A stretch of DNA of 64,000 nucleotides from Macrostomum lignano (lineage: Eukaryota), in assembly GCA_002269645.1 (NCBI GenBank), contig NIVC01000151.1:310001-374000 (forward strand), written 5' to 3'. The position numbers and the translations under genes were made by a program. Of this stretch, positions 13,201 to 24,510 are shown piece after piece. The stretch's first letter is position 1. Every line of letters starts with the position of its first letter. Under the pieces are notes generated by a model that saw only the letters and a program-made list of their open reading frames with translations, had not been told where the DNA came from and ran no database searches.

Positions 13201-13579
13201 GATCTGAGAGACGCCATTATGGATCTGAGAGCCGCCATTATGGATCTGAGAGACGCCATTATGGAGCTGAGAGACGCCACTATGCATTGAGAATGAATCC
13301 CGGCCACAGATCTGAGACGCCAATCAATGGCATGAGGTGCCGCATCAGGTATTCAAGTTCAGTTGGCGCAAACTCACCGCTGATAACCAGAGCATAGCTG
13401 AGTCCCTGAGCAGCCCCGCCAGCCCACTGGAAGCTGGCATCCCACTGCATCACATTGAGAGCAGTGTAGTGCATGCAGCTGCCACCTGCAATCTGCATGC
13501 CCAGCCATACGGTGGCCTGCAGCAGGCGGCGTCGCTTTTTCCATTTGCCACTAAGCAGGGCCTGGCAGCTGCTTATCAT
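8102..13579 (-). CDS. POT/PTR2 (SLC15-like) oligopeptide transporter, MFS fold, about 572 aa
   Basis: Exons 13378-13579, 12464-12562, 12302-12357, 11452-11588, 11199-11371, 10502-10683, 10255-10423, 9513-9656, 8795-8917 and 8102-8535; all GT-AG, phases consistent, total 1719 nt. Motifs [55 protein letters not shown] and [20 protein letters not shown] match POT family signatures. Start codon uncertain. Confidence 0.82.
8650..8794. repeat. About 19-bp intronic minisatellite (CTACTCAGCTACTCTGCCC)n ending at a splice donor
   Basis: Direct observation. Confidence 0.9.
9117..9462. repeat. 42-bp intronic minisatellite (GCTGGAACAATCAGGATTGAGGATTTGGGGGCTGGGGATCAA)n
   Basis: Direct observation. Confidence 0.95.
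9688..10250. repeat. Degenerate (CAGA)n / AGACAGACACTA intronic microsatellite
   Basis: Direct observation. Confidence 0.95.
10718..11140. repeat. About 22-bp GAGGACTACTTGAGGACCAGTT repeats plus a roughly 95-bp direct duplication
   Basis: Direct observation within a transporter intron. Confidence 0.85.
11740..12248. repeat. 21-bp intronic minisatellite (GGGAAATCTCAGTGGGAAGGT)n
   Basis: Direct observation. Confidence 0.95.
12690..13282. repeat. 21-bp intronic minisatellite (GCCATTATGGATTGGAGAGGC)n with graded unit variants
   Basis: Direct observation. Confidence 0.95.
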
Positions 13580-13774
13580 GGGGCCTGGCTTGATGGCGAA
13601 TGCAGCACTGCTGGGGATAAAAATCATTAATAACAAATAAGACAAAATCAATTTAATAGAAGCATTGGCTTCATGATTTCTCTTTTCAACAACACTAAAT
13701 TAGCCAGTCAAGAAATAAATTATTTTAGAAGTTCTAGTAGACTTGAACAAAGGCTCACAAGTTAGCATATAAAT

Positions 13775-14115
13775 GGCCTATCAATTTAAGCTCATAAAGT
13801 GGAGCCCAAGTAACCTATGCGCACAAATGATATGTCATTCTGCTCATAGTGACACTAGGAAGCTGGATTTGGCAAAAAATTACAAAACTTATACCTGGGA
13901 TAGAAGAGAACAAGCAAGGGGACAAGGACAATTGGGGATTCCATCTTAAATAAAAGTCCTTAATTATCCCCTTGCTTGTTCTCTTCTATCCCAAATCCAT
14001 TTTTGTAACTTTTTTTGTCAAATCTAACTTCCTAGTATCATTGTAAGCATAATGACATATCATTTGTGTATATAGGTTACTTGGGTTTCACTTTATAAGC
14101 TTAAGTTGATAGGCC
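13775..14115. repeat. Long imperfect inverted repeat (MITE-like hairpin, arms about 150 bp)
   Basis: 13775-13925 is the reverse complement of about 13965-14115, with mostly transition mismatches. Confidence 0.85.
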
Positions 14116-16529
14116 CTTTATATATTTGGCACAACATAAATAGTATTAAACAAAAAATAAATAGTTATATGCTAGTAAATAACATACAAATATTTATTAA
14201 ATATGATAGAAACATATTTTAGATAAAAGTTTATAAAATTCTTATTAGGCCTACTTTAGTATTTAATACAACAAACTAAATGATTATCAAATATTATTTT
14301 CGATTTATGGCCTATTTAGAAATTTAACATTGATTATAAAAAGGAATCTTTAAAAAATATATAATAGATATAATAGTGTGTTACAGTGTTATATATATTA
14401 GCAATTAAGAACTGAGCTGTTTTATAATAAATAGATGTCAGACTTAAGATTTCTATTAGATAAATTGGTATATGACTTTTACTCTACTATTAATTTGCAA
14501 CTTGTAGCTATTGAGTCTATATAAACTCTATGACTATGTTGTCTATGACATAATACTAATAGATTCGAAACCAATTATTCATAATATAAAAACAATTGAC
14601 TCTGTGCTAACTGCTTCAGCAGGTAATAGTATCTGCAGTTAAGGGAAGTGTTTTTCATTTGAATAATCTAATTTTGTAATTTAATTATGAAATCTATCTC
14701 CTTGACCTAAATATCCTAGTGACCCTTGGCCTTATTAACGACTAAATCATATTTTAAAAAATTAAGCTTAGGCCATTATTAAAGGTCTAAAACAAATTAA
14801 CTGCTGCAATTTGAGTGAAAAACATTAACTGCTGAGAAATTGACTGCCAGCCAAACAAATGCTAATCTATCTAATTAACTGGCAATGCCAACAAATCCAA
14901 CAATGACTGCAACATATGAACTGCCGAAGATAGGCCTACCCTTATGGTCTAATTTATACCTAACTTATGTCCTATCCTACACCCTAATTCCATAACACTA
15001 ACAAAATCCTATTCTAAATCGTCCGCAGATAATTGCCGTGGTGCTCCTTCCTCCTTGAGGCTTCAGGCTTGAGTTTACGACTTTCAATGAGCGGCCCCCA
15101 TATTGCACAAAAATAACAATCAGTGACAAGTTAAAATGCTGCACTAACTCTTTCTAAGAAAGTATATCTAATGTTAACGATTCCTTTTAAAAACAGTATG
15201 TCCAGGTCCAATTTTTTGTCTGTATTAGAAAAAATAAAAAGCAAGACTGATTTTTGTTACTGACAATTTATTTGGCTTGACAAGTTGTATATATCACAGC
15301 ACATTGTGCATACAGCTAGCATACATGTAACATGTAGCTCGAAAAGTTCACGAAGCACGGCCTGGGTGTGTACATGCACTTAGGTCTGGATGACAGCGTC
15401 AGCCAGCAGGCGATAGGCAAAATTTACAACTATTTGTTTTTAGTTTTCCAGTGCATCGATCGCGCAGCTGTCCTCCATGCAGACACTGGCTGTGTGAGCA
15501 ATGCATGTAATGGCATGTAACTATACTGGGTGCGGATGATATGGTCTGCTAGCTCGGTGATGCTGAAGCAGGATTAAATTGAACATGTAATTTTATGGTG
15601 CAAGCCGTGCAGCTACAGACACTGATCATTTTAGCGCTACTCTAGACATTAATTTTACCGCTACAGGCACGATGTGACCATCCCCCGGTTCGCCTGTATA
15701 CAAGGGTGTACATTTCTTGTAAGCACACTGTACATGTGTATCTGTGTACAAATACATGTCGTCAACAGTCGTGTAAACAAGAGTCTCGTCGGATCAGCTC
15801 TTCGAGCAACTAACGCATAGCTGGTGAAGCGCGGTAGAATTTTCAAGCCATTCTAAAACTAAGGGACCCTTGACCCTGTTCCATGCCAGGCGCCTTCCGA
15901 GTACTTTACTAAGCAATAATAATTAGTTAATACTCAATAATAAAAATCTTGCATCCTCCCTTTCCATCCCGTAGATTGGAGTAGGTTTCAGGGGCTTCGT
16001 GGATTGGATATGGACTGCGGGGCTGAATAGAAGTTGGTCGACGCCACAGGCCCGTGGTCACAGATCACACCCGCCTGAGGGCAAGGCTCTGTAAGGACCC
16101 CTCCGGCTGCTAAAGTGCCTTTGCTGTTCTCCGGGCCTCTGAAGGGGACTGCGGAGGCCATGCCAACAACCCTAAAGAGCAGGCACACCGTCATTTCCCA
16201 TTCTAACGAGGCGAGGGGCCCCGCTCTGAATAATTTCACAGTGGCATGATAATCCGACAAAAACCAGGGCTCAGTTCAAGCTGACACAACAGAGTAAAAA
16301 AATATAATTATAAATAACAATAATAACTAGCGGCATAGCAACTAATCATTCGCTACGCAATAAATTTCAGACACAAGTCTGCTTAAAAACTCGGGCTCAA
16401 AAGGCCTCGGATGTTGCAAGGCCTCTTGGGATTCGTTTGCGCACAATGAAAAAGAAATCAACAAATTTTCGCGGGAGGGCTGCCGGCATATTTTAATCTC
16501 AGGCGTGCGCACTCTCGGTGCCTTGGGGG

Positions 16530-18065
16530 GGGTTTCACTAGGCCGAAATTTCACTTTGCCGAAAGCATCTTCCTTCACAAGGCCGAAACTTCATTAGGCC
16601 GAAACTTCACTTTGCCGAAAAATCATTTTAGCAGGCTCTTTCACTAGGCCGAAAATTCACTAGGCCGAAACTTCACTTTGCCGAAATGACTAGCATGCTC
16701 TTTCATATGGCCGAAACTTCACTAGGCCGAAACTTCACTTCGCCGAAAAATCATTTTAGCAGCCTCTTTCACTAGGCCGAAACTTCATTAGGCCGAAACT
16801 TCATTAGGCCGAAACTTCACTTTGCCAAAATGACTAGCATGCTCTTTCATAAGGCCAAAAATTCACTAGGCCGAAACTTCACTTTGCCGAAAAATCATTT
16901 TAGCAGCCTCTTTCACTAGGCCGAAACTTCACAATGCCGAAAAATCATTTTAGCAGCCTCTTTCACTAGGCCGAAACTTCACTTTGCCGAAATGACTAGC
17001 ATGCTCTTTCATAAGGACGAAACTTCACTAGGCCGAAACTTCACAATGCCGAAAAATCATTTTAGCAGCCTCTTTCACTAGGCCGAAACTTCACTTCGCC
17101 GAAATGACTAGCATGCTCTTTCATAAGGCGAAACTTCACTAGGCCGATACTTCACAATGCCGAAAAATCATTTTAGCAGCCTCTTTCACTAGGCCGAAAC
17201 TTCACTTTGCCGAAATGACTAGCATGCTCTTTCATAAGGCCGAAACTTCACTAGGCCGATACTTCACAATGCCGAAAAATCATTTTAGCAGCCTCTTTCA
17301 CTAGGCCGAAACTTCACTTTGCCGAAATGACTAGCATGCTCTTTCATAAGGCCGAAACTTCACTAGGCCGATACTTCACAATGCCGAAAAATCATTTTAG
17401 CAGCCTCTTTCACTAGGCCGAAACTTCACTTTGCCGAAAAATCATTTTAGCAGCATCCTTCTTACTAATGGTCGAAAGGGTATGTGCACTTTAAGACTGC
17501 TAAGGCTGCTAAAATGATTTTTCGGCAAAGTGAAGTTTCGGCCTAGTGAAAGAGGCTGCTAAAATGATTGTTCGGCAAAGTGAAGTTTCGGCCTAGTGAA
17601 AGAGGCTTCTAAGATGATTTTTCGGCCTAATGAAGTTTCGGCCTTATGAAAGAGCATGCTAGTCATTTCGGCAAAGTGAAGTTTCGGTCTAGTGAAAGAG
17701 GCTGCTAAAATGATTTTTCGGCAAAGTGAAGCCTCGGCCCAGTGAAAGAGGCTGCTAAGATGATTTTTCGGCCTAATGAAGCTTCGGCCATATGAAAGAG
17801 CATGCTTGTCATTTCGGCAAAGTGAAGTTTCGGCCTTATGAAAGAGCGTGCTAGTCATTTCGGCAAAGTGAAGTTTCGGCCTAGTGAAAGAGGCTGCTAA
17901 AATGATTTTTCGGCAAAGTGAAGTTTCGGCCTAGTGAAGTTTCGGCCATATGAAAGAGCATGCTAGTCATTTCGGCAAAGTGAAGTTTCGGCCTAATGAA
18001 GTTTCGGCCTAGTGAAAGAGGCTGCTTTTCGGCGAAGTGAAATTTCGGCCTAATGAAAGCGCCCC
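16530..18065. mobile_element. Foldback-type (MULE/FB-like) non-coding element with TIRs built from tandem GGCCGAAACTTCAC modules
   Basis: Array 16530-17450 is inverted at 17505-18065 around a spacer of about 55 bp. Candidate 9-bp TSD CCTTGGGGG at 16521-16529 and 18066-18074. Termini are G-run and C-run. Confidence 0.75.
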
Positions 18066-18237
18066 CCTTGGGGGATTGGCCCAATTTTCATGTCCAAGCA
18101 ACCAGGGGTCGTGGCGTGAGAGTCAGACGCGTTCACCGTCTTCTGAACAAAGGCCTGGTCTGCTTGAAAGTTCAGTGGCTCCAAGCCTATCTCGAACTCT
18201 ATCCCGACTCTAAAAAACGAGTAAATTGTCAGAGCCG

Positions 18238-20583
18238 TCAGGCTTCAGTGGTGTCATTCTTGGCGTCCGGCTGGCTGTCTCCCTGCGGCGCCTCAGGCTC
18301 TGCCGGGCGGGCGCCGCCCCGATGCTTCAGCAGCGCCCCCGACAACAGTCGGTAGAACAGCTCAAAGAACTCACACAGGGTGAGCAGGCTGCAGCCGACG
18401 TACAGTCCCAGCAGGCCGCCAGTGTCTGCCAGGAAGGCCGTGACCGAGTACGCTGGCGAGATCACCACCTGCGGCGAGGTGGTGCTTCGGGCCACGATGC
18501 GAACGTTGATCAGCGACTCGGACAGGTAGGCGCGAAACTGGGCCTCCGTGTGGGCGGAGTGGTTCCCTGCGGGTCAGGGGCGACCGAGTTGGTTTTATGT
18601 TGATAGTTGATGAGGCCATCAATGACCTGCAACTCTGACTTTGAAACAAGGGAGAGTCCGTATTGGCTTCTGGTGTGCTCGGGACCAGTTTTCTCTGAGT
18701 TCGGTTTTTCTCAACAGCTGGTCCAAACCGCTGAGCATGGACTCACCTATGGATTGGCTTGCGTACCAGCTAAAAAAATGTTCCACTCGCAGTGTGAGAT
18801 GTGGCAGGGTAAAATTTACAAATGCAAATATCTATACTAACTCGTATATATACCTCGATTTTATTCTCCATCTTCTAAAAGTTTTTTTTGATACCACCAA
18901 CGGTAGAAATATAGAGAAAATACGTTTGCAATAGAAACCATGAAAATATGTGCTATACTTTCCTGGTAAATATATTAGTTCTTAGTTAGTCACGACACAA
19001 AAACTTCCTGGATGTCAAACATGGGTCAGGGTGCCTCGCGGTAATGTAATTTTAGGGGAAACGGACTCATGGAAGTACACAGAGCACTTCAAATTTAAGA
19101 CAATTTATTCGAAGGCATCATTAGCGGATACCTATCCGTAAAAACTGGTTTGAGTCTGCTTCAAAGGTTACTCACTCGCCCGGAGCGACCTGGCCATGTC
19201 GATGAGGCGTCTGGTGGCTGGCGTGCTGTATGACGAGCTGCCCATCTCGGCGAAGTGGGCCACCACGGAGCTGCCGATGCTGGGCCAGCGGCTGAAAGAG
19301 AACTCGGCCGAGTAGCGCTGGTAGCGGCACGGCTGCCGGGAGCGGCAGGCCTCCTGCACCTGCCTGTCCAAGTCCGACCAGTTCGTCTTTGTTGTCTGAA
19401 CTACGTTGAACTGGTCGCGGCCGGTCTCGCTCATGTTGAAGCACCTGCTCCGATGAGCAATGCGGTTCAAGTCAGTTGCTGTCACTCACAGTTTATTGTA
19501 CAGACAGAACCCCTACCTGGTTGTGTTCTTCAGGCTCCACGTGAGCGGGAAGCTGAATACCATGCAGCCGTAGGCCTGAGTCACCAGTCGCACCAGGTTT
19601 TCATAGTAGCAGGCGGCTGGGCTGTAAGCAAAGGTCAGCTTTCTGCCCGTGAGGTGATCGCTGAAGTCCACCGCCTCACTGTCGCCCTGGCACTGCTGGC
19701 CGCGCAGCTCCTCGCTGAACTCAGTCTCCTCCATGCTCAGCGCCACCGAGTACGAGTTACTGGGCGCCAGCTGAAACTTGGCCTCGTGCGCGAACGACGG
19801 GTAGCTGCCGACCGGCACGATCAGCATGGTGAAGCCCGCCTCCTGCAGCCGCTCCCGGCCGACGCTTATGCTCCAGTCCTGCAGCGGCACCTCCTCTCCG
19901 GTTGCCGGGCTGCGAATCGGATCCACGCTCCGGCCCGAATAGTTGAACTCGGCAAAGTAGGGGTCGGTGGACAGGCGGAGGTTCACCTGCCAGTTCTCCG
20001 CCACAATTTTCCGCCGGTCATTGTCGGTGAGTCTCAGCTGGAAGCAGACCAGACTCACCGGGTGGCTGAACGGCAGCACCCTGGGAAAGATGGGGAAGCT
20101 GGACTGCGGCCCCATGGTGGGCGTCGCCGTCGTCTGCAGCACAGACTGGGCTCTGCGCTGAGCCAAGAGCCGGTAGGACAGGTGCACCGGCAGCGAGCTC
20201 TGCACCAGACGGGCTCGCAGTTCAATCGACCTCGTCGGTCCGAGACGGGAATCGAACTCGGCGCTGAGATTCGCGATTGCGGTGTTGATCAGCTCCGCGT
20301 CCGCCTGGCTCAGGTCGTGCGGGTAGCTGCCAGAGTACGGATTGTTGGGGCAGAAGTACAGGTCCGGGAACACGAAGGGCACTTTGTCCAGCTCGAACGA
20401 CTTGGTCAGGCCGCCTCCCCTCAGACGGATCACCAGCGTCACGGCGCTGCGCACAAACAGTGCCAAGAAGAGCAGGAACAGCAGAAACCACATCACCTTC
20501 ATCACCCGGCTGCGGGAGGTGGCCACTCGACTGATGCCGTGGGCCGAGCTCTCGGCCAGGGTGTCCATGACAGCACTTGGCAT
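18238..20583 (-). CDS. DEG/ENaC (ASIC-like) ion channel subunit, 554 aa
   Basis: Exons 19517-20583, 19176-19444 and 18238-18566 (1665 nt, phases 2 and 1 match). N-terminal SSAHG motif before TM1 (VMWFLLFLLFL), Cys-rich thumb, and TM2 ADTGGLLGLYVGCSLLTLCE. Confidence 0.92.
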
Positions 20584-21271
20584 CTTGGCGGGAGTTGCGG
20601 CTCTGGAAACTCCAAGTGACGCCTCAGCGAGTTCTCAGCGACGCTTCACAGAGAGGCATTTTATAGCATTGTGCAAAGCATTCCAGCTATCTCATTTGGC
20701 AGTTCATCACCATTGGCCACCAGCTGCGCCCCTCTTCGACCTCGACCAGCGCATAGGCTGGCATGCGGGCATCCGGCCTGGGCGGGTGATGCAGGCTGCC
20801 CTTTCCCACCAAGCCCTGAGGTAATCAAAAATCCAGTCCAAACCAGTCAGAAAAAGTACTGCATGCCTGTTGGGTTACACAAACTGCCGCTGTTTGGCTC
20901 GCAGCTCGCAAGCTCTGCTGCATCCCCTGGCTTAGCGAATTCCCCACATCCAACTGATTGATGCTTCCGCATCTGCGGCTTTTAAACGCCATCATCAGAA
21001 CGCGTCAGAGATGGCACAAATGCTCAATGCTCAATATAATTTGGCAAGCACTGACACAACTTAGAAGCCGTCGAAACTTTGCGAGCCTACATTTTCGGCT
21101 CAATTAGATGGCTAGTCGGTCCCATGTCAACAACGAGGACCGACTTCCGCCAGATACGAGCTGATTGCTCTGTCAACAGGCGCAACAGAGAACTCATGGC
21201 ACCCCAATCGGCAGTTTATCGCCATTGACCCTGCAAACCATGCACCAAGTTTGGGTACTTTAAGCGTTTAA

Positions 21272-22880
21272 CAGTAGAAAGACCATGGGGTGTATTTCAA
21301 ATACACACATTTTCCCTTTGTCTGGATCTCCAAAAAGATTCAACCGATTGCCATGAAAATCCAGAAGACGGGCTAAAATTTTCCGCTCTATTCGATGAAG
21401 CAACTTTGAGAATCACGAAAAATCGGCATCGTCGAGATATTCAACGATTCTCCTCGGGGTGTCTGGTGGCAAAAACCACCAACATTGGCAGATTTTTTCT
21501 GCTCACAAAATCTCATCATGAAACCACGTCGGCTCAACAAACTATGCATATGAGTCGTAGAGGCCTTTGTTCTCAGCATACCAGGCAACAGGGTCCCCTT
21601 CATCACCGTCTGGAGCATCGGCGGCGACCGTCGGGACCTTCAACAAAAGCACCCGATCGGTATCTCAGAGGCGGCTGCGTTCCCGAAACTGAAGTGGAAG
21701 AATCCTCTTCTGCATGCAGCATTCAGTCAGTAGACATAATCGGTGAATGAAATAGACGAAGGCGACCCTCTAGGCTGACCTGTAGACATACAGGCGACCT
21801 TCGGCAGCTTCAACGGAGTGCCACCACGCGGCCCTGACGAGCTGGCACAGCCAACATCGTGATTTTTCTATCAAGGCATCAAACCAGGCATGTCTGCATA
21901 TTATACACATTTTGCACCATGTTAAATTCGAAACTGCCGAACATCGTCAGCGGACTGCCGCAACGGACAAGCTCTACGGCATTCGATGCCTATAGGTCAG
22001 CTGCACCATCCTGATCTTTCCGGGCCGTACTTCTGCGTCGACGAAACTCTGGTTGTCTACTGGCGTGTGGACTGTGACTTCACGGTCTTTCTGAAGGAGA
22101 AGCCCGATCGCAATGGTGCCAAGCTGTTCCTGCTGACATCGCAGGTCCACTACTTTTGCATCACAGGAATCCGATGCTCGGCTGGCCAAGGGCTCAGAGG
22201 TGTGGAGTGGTGAGCAAGTTGTTTGCCGCTTGGCTGATCCATTCAGATGACACTGGTACAGGAAATGGGATTCACGTTTCTTGGAACAGTTATGCGCACT
22301 CGTGGTGGCCTGCAGCCGATCTCAAAAATTCAACTCAAACCATGGCTCCACACAGGAGCGAATTCCGGTTTTCTGAGGAGCTCACGTGTGTGTCTTACTT
22401 CCCCAAGGCAATCTTCTCCGGCGGCATACTCAACATAACAGCTGTGAATGCCGCTGCTACCTGGAGACTGGCGCACCCGGAGCTCTGCGCCTCGCCGAAC
22501 TATCGCAACGAGTTCCAGCGCAAGGCAGCTGCGCAACTTCTGCAACCTCTGATCGAGGAGCGCTCGTAATCGGCCGCTCTTCTTCAGAATCTGTCCAATC
22601 ATCACCGGCTGATGTTCCAGCTCGCAGGTTGCCAAATCAACGACGAGCAAATGAAGGAACAGGCACGCGAAGCGGCGGCTGTGGTGTCAGTTGGTGGCAG
22701 AAAGCGCTGTGCAGCATGCGCGAGACAAAAGTCAAAGGACGAGAAGCGTGCCTTGAGTGCGACAACAAGGAAGAGTTGCATGTGTGACGAAGGAATTTGC
22801 CGAAGACACTGCCATGGAAGAGACAGTGAGTCACCATTACTGCGCACGTTGTGCATCAATTTAAATAGTGACAATTGACT
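21272..22880 (+). mobile_element. Degenerate piggyBac transposon
   Basis: TTAA followed by CAGTAGAAAGACC at 21268. Fragments VDETLV..CDFTVFLKEKPDRNGAK (first catalytic D region), MGFTFLGTVMRTR and a C-terminal Cys-rich RKRCAAC..CMCDEGICRRH. Frameshifted and deleted; 3' TIR not found. Confidence 0.8.
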
Positions 22881-23339
22881 CCACTTTTGTGTCTATGTGT
22901 CGATGTTCAGATCCTTCTGCTCTGAATTTGCTGTAATATCATTTTTGACATGCTTATTTACAATATACTTATTTGCCGCATCCGAGTGGGGAATAGCGAA
23001 CAATTACCATAGAAACCGTTAGATGAAGGTTATTTCCGTTTATTTATTTATTTGGTCTGAAGTAAAAGCAGAGGACTCGCTTCTAGGCCGAGAATTCGGA
23101 CCATAGACTAAAATAAACGGAAATAATATATTTATACCCCGTTTGGACATATTAACATTGTAAATATTAACCATAGAGAAATGTTGATTTGATGCCGTTC
23201 ACAAAAACGACTGTGTTGTGTATTTAAGAGTAAGTACTCGTAGTTGCCTCTATCTCTACTAAACTTTTTTGTGACATTTTCAAGTTATTTGCTGCATGAG
23301 TGATGTTGATAGCGTCAGCTTTGAATCACCTTGTCTTGC

Positions 23340-23670
23340 TGAAGTCAAAGCTGTCCTAAGTGACTTGCCATTGGCACCCGCAACCGACTATCCGAGTTTG
23401 AGCAAGCGCGATCTCAACTACGTTCTTAAGTGTTTTATCTTAGAGATCCGAAATTAACGTTGTGATTGCTATGGCGCTTTTTGAAGAATTACTTTCAGCA
23501 TGCTGCAACTTGTTCAACCAATGCGGAAAGCCATGGGCCTCTGGAGGACGGGGAATTCAATGAGAGCCGACGTCCGAAGCGAAACTCCTGTCTGAAGGTG
23601 TGATTGGTAGTGATGTCCACGACAACTGGTGAGTTCTGTGATTTGAGGGGGGGTCAATGTGGTGTTTGCG
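23340..23670 (+). mobile_element. Crypton-like (DUF3504-type tyrosine recombinase) remnant
   Basis: Broken frames give LSKRDLNYVLKCFILEIR, EDGEFNESRR, KLLSEGVIG and FCDLRGG, resembling animal Crypton/ZMYM-QRICH1 domain motifs by recall. Confidence 0.45.
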
Positions 23671-24014
23671 GGCTGATTGTCTACTTTGATTGAGTTTATA
23701 TGTTACGCCCCATTGACTCACTTTTACCTGTCAAGCCAAGAAAACTGGTTAACAACCGCTCGCTTTTCTAAAATATTATAATCTGTTGCTTTTCCATGTA
23801 TTTCTTTGAGTACTTTCTTGTGACTCATTCGTTAGCCTTATTTATTTGGATCGTGTATTTGGCTAGGACAAATAAAATACGATTGCTTATTTAATCGTTA
23901 AAGAATTGTACTATTCTGAGCCGGAAATGTGTTGTCTGTGGTAATTTTTAACAAAAACTAGGATATTATATCATATAATCTCCTCGAAATCAGGAGCAAT
24001 CGAATTTAATATAT

Positions 24015-24170
24015 GATAAACGCCGTTTAATTCATCATAGTCTATGGTTAGAATATCCTCGGCTGCAATCAATGGTCCTCGGCTCGCTACGCTCGCCTCG
24101 AGATCATTAAACGCAGCCTCGGACATTCTAACCACAGAATGTGAATTAAACGGCGTTTATTATTTACATA
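24015..24170. repeat. Small palindromic MITE-like element with central CTCGGCTCGCTACGCTCGCCTCGAG
   Basis: ATAAACGCCGTTTAATTCA...TGAATTAAACGGCGTTTAT arms seen directly. Confidence 0.7.
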
Positions 24171-24510
24171 AACGACTTTTACGAGCGTACATTGCACCAT
24201 AGACTCCTCGCGCTAAAATATATACCATATAAGACCACTTGTTTGACGAATTTATTGAATTTATTGACAGCCAATCGCCCTGAGCTTACTAATGTAGTGG
24301 GAGCGCGTTGGAAATGAATAATCGTTGTCACTATAATTCATATAATAATGTCTATTGTGTTATCATAATTCTGTAATGATTTTTTATTGTTGTTGGCATT
24401 TTCAAAAGCCACTTAAAAATTTTTGTGCTTATTTAGAAGCATACTACTTAAAGTAAAGCTAATTTAGAAAATGAAAAACCAACACCAACTGTCCGCCAAA
24501 GCCCACAAAT

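Noticed and set aside
11655-13307. 550-aa minus-strand ORF and other repeat ORFs
   Set aside because: Read-through of two 21-bp intronic arrays; only the embedded 99-bp exon (LAGGWLGD) is real.
19445-19516. Two in-frame stops (TAG, TGA) suggesting an ENaC pseudogene or readthrough
   Set aside because: Both fall in a 72-bp GT-AG intron whose removal restores the frame (..NTTR|CFN..).
23101-24047. CCATAGACTA...TAGTCTATGG as TIRs of a 950-bp element
   Set aside because: Only 10 bp; the right copy is part of a separate palindrome and no TSD is evident.
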